A stretch of 64,000 bases of DNA from Pecten maximus (GCF_902652985.1 NC_047025.1:4774001-4838000), one strand, 5' to 3'. Positions 27,144 through 39,765 are shown, counted from the stretch's first letter. Numbers and translations are program-made. Notes: a model not told the origin generated them from the letters alone.

Positions 27144-28116
27144 TTGAGACATTGCAGCCAGATATATATTTCTAATCATATACTCATTAGGGAATGTTTT
27201 CATAGGCGTTCAAATTGGTCTAAGCATACCATTCATATTTATGAAAATGCGCGTAAAAGAATTAATATTCTTAGAACGTTGAAATACGAAATAGAAAACA
27301 AATCCCTTGAAATTATTTATACAACTTTTTTTCCTACCAATACTAGAGTACGCGAGTGAAGTTATATCTCAAATTTCAATCCATCCATACATTACCTTAA
27401 ATGTCGTTCCGCCTCTTCGCCACAAGAGTTTGTTTAATGTAACAAAAAATATGCAACTTTCCAAAATTTATGTCAGAATAGAATAATCCAAATTGTCCGT
27501 TTCCCTCAATGACATCGGTTAGAGTACAAAAAAGGAAGTTTTAAAACTACCTTAACATGTTGCCCAATATCCATGTACTAATATATTTAAATACATTTGA
27601 GATAGAAAAGTAAACATTATCTTATATTGATTGAGAAATTGTGCCAATAATTTAACCTAGGACTTATTTATTTGATATTAAAGGAATAATGTAATATAAT
27701 GTAATGTTATCGTTGGCGGGGATTGAAGCGCGCGAGAGGTCTTGCTGTGGGAGGAAACTGGAGAACCCGGGGAAAACCCACGTGGTCAGGCAGGTGACCC
27801 CATACCCTTTTTTTCGGAAATCGAACCCCGGCCGCCTATGTGAAAGGCAAGTGTGTTACTACTGTACCACCCGACCACCCATACAATCCTGCATGTTTAT
27901 ATGTGGTTCCCCTGTCGACGATTGCGATCACTTCTTCCATTGCCCTCGCTACATCAACCAAGGGACCATCTAATGAACTCCATCTCTGCTCTGGATGACT
28001 CTTTTATAGTATATACACATACGCTTTTCAAACGTTTCCCTCGACCTGATACCAACACGAACAGTTCTATCATGGATATAAATCAGAGATTCATTAGCGA
28101 CCCTAGACGTTTCTAA
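27144..28116 (+). mobile_element. Degenerate 3' part of a CR1/L2-type LINE, interrupted by a SINE
   Basis: WSKH...ARKRINILRTLK...SLEIIY..F..P.LEYAS-like segment; C-terminal ICGSPVDDCDHFFHCPRY zinc-knuckle-like motif and terminal FISDPRRF-stop. Confidence 0.7.
27687..27880 (-). mobile_element. V-domain tRNA-derived SINE
   Basis: Minus strand: A box TGGTACAGTAG, B box GGTTCGATTTCC, V-like GTGGGTTTTCCCCGGGTTCTCCAGTTTCCTCCCACA, (ACATT)n tail. Confidence 0.8.
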
Positions 28117-29164
28117 TAAGCTGCATCAGACTAATGTACTATATTTATATTTCATATACATACTACATGTACTAACATAATCGTGGGTGAGCTTATTTTC
28201 GTGTATCTTATCTAACAGGACGAATTCACAGAACAGTGAATGGACAGTTCACCAAGCTACATATATGTATACGTATATATTCATGCAGACTTTCTGTTTT
28301 ATATAAAAACACCAACCTCTGCTTATTTTCAAACCAATGCTTATATCAAATATGTTAAGGATCATAAGATTATAGAATAAACTGCCCTTTTCCTGTATCA
28401 GTCTCAGGTATTTAAAGCAACTAAAACACAACCATGAAGAATTTCCTTTTATGAAATAATATGTTAGATTCATTGATACCATTCAGGATTTAAGATTGAA
28501 TTCCGATCTATTATATAGCCTGAGAGTAGAAAAAGTTAATTATCCAAGAAAAGTTAATGAAAAGGTATTGTTCGTCGAATTAGTCCTGGTATTAGTACTT
28601 AGTTCATGGAAAGCAAATTCATTACCGCCTTTGAGATGTTCCCAAGATAAAATATCATAATCATAATCTTGAGTTGTCTGTTAAAGTAACAACACAACAA
28701 AAAACTACGAAATAAGTTTAAAATGTGAATTATTTGACTATTGTGTCAAATTGGCTAGTCACTAATCTTTGCTAGCCTATGGAAATATCTTTTACCTTCT
28801 CAAAAACTATAATCTCCTGAGTAACTCTCATAATTACATACAGATTTCATCTCCACACATACGAACGTTTTAAATCCCTTTATATATATTATATTTTAGA
28901 TATATGTCTCGTTATCTCATCTCGGAAATATAACCAGTTTTGACAAAGATAAAATGGCGGCTGATGCCGATGAAGCAGAAGATTTTTTTTTTCGGCACAC
29001 CTGGTCTAATGATCTTTCATTTTTAAGGGACTCCCGTGTGAGCTTTTATTTTGTTCATATTTGTCCTTACTTTATCGATTTCGAATTAGAATATTGGTTT
29101 TGTTTCTACGTCAATATTATCTTATTGTCTTTGTAGAGCTTACTAGCAGTTGAATAAGGAAATC

Positions 29165-31533
29165 ATGGCTGATCTCTGTAACAAGAAACCGCTGCTAAAA
29201 CAAGATTTGGACAACTTTCATTCGTTTTTCGATTTCGATATAACTAATCTGGATAGGGAACGCGTTGAAACCATAATCAAGAAGCTAGTTGATGACCGGG
29301 AAAACGCACCAAAGTCTGAAGACGAAGATATAAAGATAAGTAACTTTCTGTCATATTTGTATTTTTTGGTGCATCAGAAAGATCAAGCCCTACAGCTTCT
29401 TGAAGAAACCCTTCAGAAGGATCCTGATAATATCATAGCCAACGCAAATAAAGCCAGAATTCTACTGGAGAATGGGGAAGTTTCTGATGTGGAAGAAATT
29501 GTATCAAAACTAAAAAAATTAGAAAAAGAAAACGACTATGGCAAAAGAAAATGTTATGCCGAAGCGGATCTTGCGTACGCGTATGCAAGGTCGGGTCCTT
29601 GGTACCATCAAAGGGCGATAGAACTGTACAGAAGACTTGTGAAGGCATATCCCACAGAATGCGCGTGGCAGTTTGGACTTGGTTTGACTTTACTCAGGCA
29701 GACTTGCGAGTATAATTCACCGGCAGATATCGAAAATGGGACGACATTGGTAGATGCCGCTGAGAGGTTGTTAGCTGCCACGAAATCTAACGATCCCACT
29801 CTGAGTGCGAAAGCATATGCTGAACTTGGCAGAGCAGTGTTCACAATTAAGGAACGAGAGTACAGCAACCTACCACCAAATATAAAGAGTTTAAGGGATA
29901 AGGATTGCTTTGAAATGGCATTAAAAATATGTCCAGAGGAGCCAGCAGTGTTGCAAATTAGTGGTCAATATGCGCGGTACAGAACAGAAATAGATCTATC
30001 CGAGAAACTCCTCAGGAAATCACTTCGAATGAAACCAACGCCTCAAGGATACCACCATCTTGCTCTTACATTAAAAAGAAAGGTAGAAATGGATGAAGAA
30101 CACTCAACTGAACGAAACCGCCCAGAGCAATCAGTAGACCAGGATGGGTTTACTATTGTAAAACGCAAAGAAAAAAAGAGGTCGCCACATCCGCCTGACG
30201 TAAAGAGACGCAAACTCCGTCAAATGATAAAGTCCCCATTGACGGTTCAAATTCACCCAGAGAACAAATCTCTCGAGGAGGCTATATACTTGATCGATAA
30301 AGCAATCGAGCTGGATCCCTGTATTTTGAATATACAGTACGATAAGGGCATTCTATATCGAATGTTAGGCGAAACCGCAAATGCGGTGGATGTTTTCAAA
30401 CATATTATCTCCAAAAGAAAAAGCCTTCCAACCAAAACCCTGATGACCAATGTCTATGAACAACTTGGACTTTGTCTGCTAGAACTGAGTGATTCGAAAG
30501 AAATACCTCCTGATGAAAAGACGAAATACAAGAAAGATGGTCAATCTCATCTTTCACACGCCCTTCAACTTCAATCGGAGATAGTAGCAAACGATCCACA
30601 TTTCAAAGAGGCGTGGAACTCCTATTCGACACTAAAGAACTGTTGAGTGATGAAAGTGAAGGGAAGCCAAAACAACTGGCCGTTCTACACATGCTCATGG
30701 CGGATCACAGAGATTCAATCGCAATTGATACGGAATTAAATGAGAAAGACAAAATGGAGCCAGACGACTGCAAAAACATGTTGAAATGTTACACGAAAGT
30801 TGGCCAGTTTGAGGAATGTGTTACCCTTCTAAGTTCATGGGAGTGTACAACAATGTTTGCGAGACTTCCTGAGTCTTTGATCTTTGATGTGTATATCAAA
30901 GGCGCATTTCACGCCTTCTCCACTAATAACGCACAAATAGCGTACAAACACTTCAGACGAGCATTTAAAGTGTACGACATGTTCAACAAGGGCACTCACA
31001 TGCCAGAGGTTGACGAAGAGGAACAAACAAAAGACATACTAATATTACACTATTGTTCAGAAGACTGGAGATGCGAATTTCCAAAGAATCTCGGAAAGAT
31101 TCTAGGAGACTGTACGGGATTACGGTATACCATCAACTCTAACGACGTGCTCGGGAATGCGATCACTACGGAATCGATGGTTTCCATGATGAAGAAGATA
31201 CCTTGTATCATTATCATGACCCATGACAGTGCAGACAATTATGACAAATTCTATGTCAACCACGCTCTCCAGATGAGTTCAGAGAAAGAGGGACCTAGAG
31301 TTTTGGCAGTGTCAGACGACAAATGCAATGTACCTGATATTGCCAGAACAATATATTTTATCCGGACGCTTCCTCTGCTAAAGGGTGAAGCCATCCGGAC
31401 CCATCCAACGTTAGAGGTTGCTATACAACCGCTCGATCAGAAACCAGATAAGTTATCAGAGATGGAGTTAGGATGGGTGAAAGATTTCATTTATCTACTG
31501 AAGGATCAGCACCATAAGGGACGGTTTACGTGA
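29165..31533 (+). CDS. TPR-TIR protein paralog 1 (IFIT/TTC22-like TPRs plus C-terminal TIR-like domain); one 1-bp deletion at ~30634-37; ~789 aa if repaired
   Basis: Acceptor ttgtag at 29131-36, atcATGG start with in-frame upstream TAG; TPR helices (DPDNIIANANKA, GYHHLALTL, YDKGILYRMLG); TIR-like KDILILH...GLRYTINSNDVLG...CIIIMT...YVNHAL...RVLAV...VPDI; ORFs 29150-30646 and 30613-31533 join when compared with paralog 3. Confidence 0.8.
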
Positions 31534-31549
31534 TAGAACGCGTCGTGAC

Positions 31550-32840
31550 TTGTGTCATCAATGAGCAGTTAATCACCATCACTTGTTACACAATGAACAG
31601 TTTCGCGCAATCGCTTTTCTCATCAATAAACAGTTTTGCGTAACCAATTATTACATAAATGTATAGTTTTGCGCCATCAGTTCTATTCATCAATGGACAG
31701 TTTTGCGTGCTTACCTTTTTTTTTAAATGAACAGTTAATCATCCTCACTTGTTACACAAGTGAACAGTTAGGTGTCATCACTTATTACAGCAATAAACAT
31801 TTTCGCGTCGTCACTTCTAACAGTGAACAGTTTCGCGTCATGACTTGTCATACCAGTGAACGTTTCGAGTCATAACTTTTATTCATTAATGGACAGTTTT
31901 GCGTTATCGGTTGTTTTCATCAATGAACAGTTTCGTGCCATCACCTATTTTCACCAATGAACAGTTTCGTGCCATCGTATGTTTCATCAATGAACAGTTT
32001 TGCCTCATTACTTGTTTCAACAGTGAAAAGTTTCGTGTTATTGTTTGTTACATCAATGAACAGTTTCGCGTTATCATTTGTTTCAACAATGAACAGTTAA
32101 TCATCATCACGTGTTACCCAAATGAACAGTTTTGCGTCATCACTTCTATTCATCAATGGACAGTTTTGCTTTATTGCTTGTTTCATCAATGAAACTTTTC
32201 GCGTCATCACTTGTTTCACTAATGAACAGTTTCGCTTTATTGTTTCGCTAATTAATTGCTTTATCACCTGCTTCATTAAGGAACTGTTAATCATCATCAC
32301 TTGTTACACATGTGACCAGTTCTTTGTCATCACTTGTTACAATAAGAAACTGTTGTTAAATCATTGACCAGTTTTGCAGAATTCCTTGTTACAACAGTGA
32401 ATAGTTTCGTGTCCTCGTTTATTACAGCAGTTTTGCATAATCAAACGTCTCACCAATGAACAATTTTGCGACATCGCAACATGTTCCGGCATCACTTCTA
32501 AAGACAAACAGTTTCGCGTCATGACTTGTCACAAAGTGAATGTTCAATTGACACGTTTGTTCATTAATGGACAGTTTCGAGTCATCACTTGTTTCAACAA
32601 TAATTTATTTGAAGTTATCACTTGTTAAATCAATAACCATATCATTTCGCGGTAAATAATTCCGGTTTTTACAGCGGTGAACAGTTTCGTCTCATCATTT
32701 TTACAACAATGAACAGTTCCCGGTCCTGACTTATTTTTACAGTGAAATATTTCACGTCATCACATGTTTCACTAGTGAAAAGTTCTATGTCATTGTTTTT
32801 CTCACTAATGAACAGTTTCGCATCATCACTTGTTTCACCA
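31550..32840 (+). repeat. Degenerate 33-bp array downstream of paralog 1 (AATGAACAGTTTCGCGTCATCACTTGTTTCATC)
   Basis: Starts just after the stop codon; same family downstream of all four paralogs. Confidence 0.9.
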
Positions 32841-33323
32841 AAGTACGACGGCCCATATACGCCTCTACAAAATACACATAAGCACTAAAGATTTGTCCGC
32901 ATTCCTAAAATGCGTCGTCGAAAAACTGCATATGCATCGGACACATTTCATCGTCATATTTTGCCTTGCTTTTTACTTATTTTGACAACGCAATGCTATC
33001 TACCATTTGATAAACCCTGACAGCCTGATGACGCACAGGTGGATCATGGATGCATCATTCAATTCTTCGTCCATTTTGACTGCACGAATCGTTTTCCTGT
33101 GGTTTTTGTATTACTAAGTGGATTAGCCTTAAATTGATCTCCTTGTTCAAAACAATTTTATGTTCAAAAACAAATTCACATCTCTTAACTTAAAAACACA
33201 TGCCTAACATCACTGGTTTGTTCATATAAATTGCAGATCGAGTGTCACTGATTTGTTACCCATTCTTGTGTTGACGATGTAGTATATAATCCTACTTTTC
33301 TATTTTACTGAATTATTATTCAA

Positions 33324-33833
33324 GGGTGTACTCTTCTGTTGTTGCAATCACATTAAAGTGTTGTGTATGTAGGTTGTATGGGTATTACGATATCACATTG
33401 TACAATCTAGGGGAGATAATCTAACTCCATATGTATATGAGTTATTCCCCTTTGTAGTAATTCTTTTCGCTTGTAAGATACATTTTGATGATTCATAAAA
33501 AAACGTGGAACAGGAAAGACGTTTGTGGTTTTGCTTGACGATATGTAACGTCATTTTCGCAAGCATCCATACATATTTGACAACAAATATGGAAGATATT
33601 TTATGGTTTTGTCATGCAAAAAGTAAAAACAGTAAAATTCACTTATAATCACATATTATATCAAATTTGTATCTTTGACCCCGCCATAGCACTAAAAAGA
33701 GCACACAGACATATAAAGGTAACTTCTTTTCGCATTTTCTGCTACGATATTAACCTTTTCCAAAAATGTAAACGATGAAAAATTTTAATACAGGAATTCA
33801 TTTTTTACTTTTTACTTTTAGAGGTGTACATCC
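33324..33833. mobile_element. Possible TTAA-targeting (Kolobok-like) MITE
   Basis: Imperfect TIR GGGTGTACTCTTC / GAGGTGTACATCC (10/13); TCAA on the left, TTAA on the right. Confidence 0.4.
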
Positions 33834-34539
33834 TTAAACGCCAATTATAATAGACGCCATCTCTTTGTAAACTTTTTTATGAAAATTAACTGTGTTGCCT
33901 ATTCCCGAAAATATATCTTATGATCACTTGTCTAAAGAAAACTATAATAACAGATTAAACATATTCGACAGAATAATTGTGATAGATTGCAAACAATAAT
34001 TCGCCGTTTCTTTCTATGCAAAAACCAAAAGTTACATATTCTTTACATTATTATCATCCTCCAAAAGTTAGTCTCACTTTCTATCTTTTGAATTTAGGTG
34101 GATATATAATTAATTGAATACCGAAGAAATTCATTCGTTATAACTTGAATGCGACTTGCACTTGTATAGGCTTTCCTTATCAGGAGGCTGTTATTATTTT
34201 TTCTGTTGGTGTTAATAAGATATATTTCTATATCACAGTTGCGATTCCATGTATTTTTTGACAACCAGTATATACTATTTGTCGATATGACAAAATTTGT
34301 TAAAATTATCTTTATTGAGAGGGAAGTAGTATATGCTGTACCCTGTACAAACTATATACCTCTGCATTGTTTGTGTTCCCGTAAGAAGCTGAATATATTG
34401 AAGAGCATATATCAGAACCAGTAACTGAGACCATGCAAAGTCGATCTCACTTATAGGTATTATGACGATGTATAATCATTAAATAAGAAAACAAAAAAAT
34501 AAATAAATATATAAATTAACTATATCGATTGGATATAGC

Positions 34540-35010
34540 ATGTAGAAATTGAAATAAAGCACATTCAATGACTCTTAAACACCAGATGCTTTTCTCGATC
34601 TTAATTTATAACATAGTTGTATGATTTCAACTTCCCAGTTGATAATTTTCCATTTCTAGATAGTATACGTATCATCATTGATTTTCCAACATACGGTGTT
34701 AACATGTCCCAGATAATCGACATCCGGGGGCTTGTTGGCATTATCACGATATCCGTGACATATTTCGGCTACAGACGGTAAAAATAACAACACAGCATAT
34801 ACCAACAGATGCAGGTTGATGAAATCCATGGAAAAGTTTAATGGTCGACATCATAATATCGTTTGGAAATTATCTATTTCCTTATGCTATGGGGTCACCC
34901 TAGTTCTGATTATTAGAAAATGACTTAAACCGGATTTAACCTAGATTTGTATGTCGGTTTCGTTGGCGAAGCTGAAGACTCTACTCTTCCGGAACGCCTG
35001 GTCTTATTCT
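34540..35010 (+). mobile_element. Penelope-like retroelement RT C-terminal relic
   Basis: Decayed EIK...FLDL...DFNFPVDNFPFL...YGV..SQII...KF.GRH motifs. Confidence 0.65.
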
Positions 35011-35039
35011 CCTTGTACTTTTTCATACCTAGATTAGTA

Positions 35040-35410
35040 TATAGGCCTTCATACCAAGACGTGTGTATGGGCCTTCATACCAAGACGTATGTATGGGTTT
35101 TCATACCAAGTCGTGTGTATGGGCCTAAATATCAAGACGTGTGTATGGGCCTTTATACCAAGACATGTGTATGTATTTTCATACCAAGACGTGTGAATTT
35201 GCCTTCATACTAAGACCTGTGTATGGGCCGTCATACCAAGACGTGGGTATGGGCCTTCATACCAAGATCTGTGCATGGGCCTTCATACCAAAACGTGTGT
35301 ATGGGCCTTCATAAAAAAATCTGTGTATGTGCCTTCATACCAAGATCTTTGTTTGTGCCTTCATACGAAGACGTATGTATAGGCCTTCATACCAAGACCC
35401 GTGTATGGTG
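35040..35410. repeat. 26-bp minisatellite GGCCTTCATACCAAGACGTGTGTATG, ~14 copies
   Basis: Direct periodicity. Confidence 0.9.
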
Positions 35411-35699
35411 ACCGCATAATCATGACAAGGAAACTCAACCGAAAACAAAGTGCATTCACAAAGATTTTTCCAAATAAAGATCCTCTTACAGAAACCGACC
35501 GGCAACCGACATTTAGAAAAAGTATACCATTGTATTTGCTATCCTTACAAATCCTTATATACTAGTTTTCAGCTTAAATAAACATTATTTCAATTCTGAC
35601 CAATAAAAAAGCTTCAGTTAAGTTTTCATGGTAACAAGTATGGGGAAGCCTGTTGTTTAAAATTAAAAGTTTTGATAATTTACACTACTTGACCAAGTT

Positions 35700-35975
35700 T
35701 GAATAAATGCACTAAATGGACAATAGCAAACAAGCGGATGTCATCTATCTTGACTTTAAAAAGACATTTGATAAAGTACCACATACACAACCAGTGGAAT
35801 ATAACGGTATACGCGGAAAAAACACTCGGCTGGTATCGTGACATTGACCATGAACTACATACTCCAGTCCAGTGGAGTCCACTAGGGAGTGTTCTAGGAC
35901 CAGTACTGGATCAATAACATTCCTGAACTAGTTAAAATCACCACTTAAATGTTCGACGGCGACGCCATATTTAAC
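35700..35975 (+). mobile_element. CR1/L2-type reverse transcriptase fragment
   Basis: QADVIYLDFKKTFDKVPH and SGV.LGSVLGPVL motifs, with deletions. Confidence 0.8.
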
Positions 35976-36688
35976 TGCTATAGGAGGAAGTAGTGATAGG
36001 AGATAGGAGATAGCATTGATTACATAATCCACTGTAGATAAACTTAGCGTCGGGGAGGTGACACCATACCTTTTAACACGTCTATATATAACCTCGCTCT
36101 TGACTTTTTACAAATCTAAACAACGAACTATTTTCGATTCCTGACCAAAATCTTTTCGAATGATGTTGATGGACCCCATGATAACCTTCGATAAAATTTA
36201 TCTCCTCTTGATATGCGAAGTGTGATGTGCTAAATGCTTTAGGTAATTATGCTTTTTGATAGTGACTATCAACTTTTTGTAAATCCAACTACGACATGTA
36301 AAGAATTATACAGAAGCCACACCTCTAGATACGGTTATAGTATATGGTAAGTTATGATTATAAAGTTACAGCAATCAGCTGTTTCTTGGTGGGAAAGGTA
36401 GAAAGAAGAAGACGAAGTTGATAAGAAAAGGATAATTGGAATCGCAACTTTTATCAGGCAGCTTAGCAGAATCTACAGACAAAGGTAATCTGTGGATGTC
36501 GTAGATATCAAGTTCAGATGTATATTTTTTCTATCAATACTTTCTCACAAGATCTGGATGTAACTTGGACGAGCACGACTAGCAGCGCTGATGTAAAGAA
36601 TGGAACAAATTCCCCATATACATTATATACATGAATTTTTTTACAATAATGTACATATTTAACAGTTACATATGCAATAATAGCAATA

Positions 36689-37496
36689 CAGTCGAATCTG
36701 TATTAACCGACCACTCAAGGGAAGTTGAAAAACGGTCTCTTAATGGAGAGTGGTCTCTTAATAGAGATGGTATCTTAAATTTAATAAATGTTCATAAGCT
36801 TTTTATTCGCTTTATAAATTGGCAATAATGATTTATAATATATATGAAAAATGAACCACCACTTTGAATAAAACAAAACAATTTTCTTTTTTTTTAATAA
36901 TTATTACTGTGCTAATTTTTCATCACTATATGTATTTTTTGAAATTCTTTCAGCATAGCAAAATACATCGATCTAACATGAGAAATATATTTCATTGGTT
37001 AATTACTAAATTAGATTACTTTCAAATTATTTATATATTTTTTTTAATTCCTGAAATCTTGGTCCGGATTTCCGCTCTGATTATTATTTACGTTCCTGCA
37101 TTTCCTACTTTGAAAACGGCGACTTTTTCACTGGTAAATATCTGTTTTAATGTCTCAAAAAAGATAACAAATCACGATTTAACAGTAAGTTAACTGTTTA
37201 TGCATTCCTTCATTGTTATATTTCGCATGCAAATTGATATATCGTATATAAAACGTCTGAAAATCGTCAGAATTCCAGACGGTCACTTCGCCTAATCTCC
37301 CGTCCTTTTGCACGAAAAGTAAAAATACTTACATTATTGTTATCACGGGAACGAAAAATTGTGTTCGCTGGTCGCGTGAAGAGAGGGTCGCTTAATAGAG
37401 TTAAAATATATAGCGAAAACGCTCGGGAGGAATTGAAATGGTCGCTTAGAACAGAGGGTCGCTAAATAGAGATGGTCGTTTGGACAGATTCGACTG
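36689..37496. mobile_element. Non-autonomous Tc1/mariner-pogo-type DNA transposon (MITE), 808 bp
   Basis: Perfect 13-bp TIR CAGTCGAATCTGT...ACAGATTCGACTG, extending imperfectly to ~25 bp; TA on both flanks; subterminal GGTCxCTTAATAGAG repeats. Confidence 0.9.
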
Positions 37497-37688
37497 TATA
37501 TACAACTTTCTCACAACTAACATACTCATACATACACTCTGAATCAGGTGGTCTGCAATCCACAAATACTACAGAGTATATATCCGGCAATCTTCCAATG
37601 ACGTAACCTCTAACATAGAAAGTTGTTACACTCCAGACAAAGGTTGACAAGTCAAGTTTATGTATCTGTCCACAAAGAACTGCTCAAC

Positions 37689-37955
37689 GTTATATCCGCC
37701 CACACAGGACATATGGAAGTATGGTTGACCACAAAGGTCTGTATACAGTTATATCCGCCCACACAGGACATATGGAAATATGGTTGACCACAAAGGTCTG
37801 TATACAGTTATATCCGTCCACACAGGACATATGGAAATATGGTTGACCACAAAGGTCTGTATAAAGTTACTTCCGCCCACACAGGACATATGGAAATATG
37901 AAGATATGGTTGCCCACAAAGGATATAACATTACAATCTGCCCACACAGGACTTC
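37689..37955. repeat. 59-bp tandem repeat, ~4.5 copies
   Basis: GTTATATCCG at 37689, 37748, 37807. Confidence 0.9.
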
Positions 37956-39589
37956 TTACGATGCATATAGCTGCCGATACAGGATAGCTCACCAATAGTT
38001 GTCAACTTAACATCTCACCAACAGCTACCCACACAGGACTGCAATCAGTTAGTGATAATGGTGTTTGTATTGCCCACACAGGACTAGAAACTATGGTTAC
38101 TGGATACCATGTCAGTCTCAATTGACATCTGCCCTCACACCATCATAGGTTAAAACTGTAACGACATATATATGAATGTCTAACTAAAGGTTTTGCTACA
38201 CTATACAAATATCATAATGATATAGTATTTATCTACATCATAGTTCTATCAACATGCACTTATTTATGTAAACGACACATTATTTGACACTAATTCCATT
38301 GTACTCTTATAACACACTGATATAAAGAAAGTTAACTAGCGATATACCCGCTATATATATAGTTATACATATAATATAAGAGCTAATACGATAACTAAAC
38401 ACATACACGTTTAATACTCGTAAGACTTGCTAATTCTTTATAAATAAGTAATGATTTACCCCAAATTCAACAATTCTAAAAAGATTATACCTTACATAAA
38501 AATCATAGCTCAGTTACTTCAAATATTAGCCTCATAAACATAACATTCACAGACCTATGAACTGTACTCATCGGTACGCATTACGATTAGAAAATAACAT
38601 GTTATACTTCGGATATAAACGCAACAGATTTCGGGGTTTAAAAACCAACATATTGGTGTATAAGAAACATAATATAACTTACCGCAAACTGTATGTTGCG
38701 CTTGTTTAACCCATGTATACCTTCCAAGGTCACACAACCGGTTCGCCCGTTTACCCGTGCGAATATCTCTCTCACACTAATTTACTCGCTATGACCCCGG
38801 GTCCGGAGAATCCGTATTTATAGCAAATAACAAATAATTACCAAAACTAAATATATAAATTACATAATAAAATAAATAGAAATTCTACCGTATTATAATT
38901 GTACATTCAACATAGAAAATGTCCATTTCCTGGAATATAATGGATATGTATATCGCAAAATATGGTTGGGACTGTGACACTGGGGAATATTAAGGAATTA
39001 TTCCATTTCAATTTTAATATAAAATAAATTTAATTTGATAGTTTAGGTGCGTTTACATTTTTTATTATATCGCATAGATTGTTTTCTGATCTTTGTATAT
39101 ATCTTATCAGCCATTCTAGTATTATACATAGGAGTGTGTTCATCAAAAGGACGGGTCTATCTAAATAATGTGAAAAACTGAAATGCGCAGTGTCATCTGA
39201 AATGTCAGGGCTGCACAAAAAAGATCGATAAACAGGATATATAAGGAGTGCTCAAGGATACAAGGGAATGTATTGGTAGTGGCGGATCGACAGACAGGGG
39301 TAAGTTGTCCTGTTGACAGCTTAAGGTAGATATATTCAGTGGTGGACCGACAGACCAGGATCACCTGTCCTGTTGACAGTTTAAGGTAGGGTAATTGCAT
39401 TTATGTTTTTACAACAATTACCATTAGTACCAAGAGTGATATACAAGTTATATAATACTTTTCTTATACATCTTGCTTATCAAGTTCTTTAAAATATAAT
39501 ATTCTCCCAACTAACCATATGACTATTCACTGGGTATAATGATTGCATGTCAACGTGACAGCCACGTTCTACCCCTAGGTATAATGGCA

Positions 39590-39765
39590 TATAGTCAAAA
39601 CTAAAACTAAACCGTGTAGCTGTAAAACTGATTCTGCGAAAAAGATTTACTCGAAACTATTCAAATTTGACGTTTGAATGGTTAGACTCATAAACTTAAT
39701 ATACTATTATATTATTATCGTAGCCTGTTTACTACCACTAATAATCCTTTTCGTGGATGGTAAGT
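39590..39765 (+). promoter_or_regulatory. Upstream module plus probable non-coding exon 1 of paralog 2 (donor ATG|GTAAGT, GT at 39760)
   Basis: Diverged homolog of the module; TTCTGCGAA at 39632-40; donor conserved with 50357 and 60505. Confidence 0.55.

Noticed and set aside
29433-31238. Antisense ORFs conserved across paralogs
   Set aside because: Shadows of the sense-strand TPR-TIR coding sequence
38157-38979. Solo LTR (TGT...ACA)
   Set aside because: No target-site duplication and no second copy
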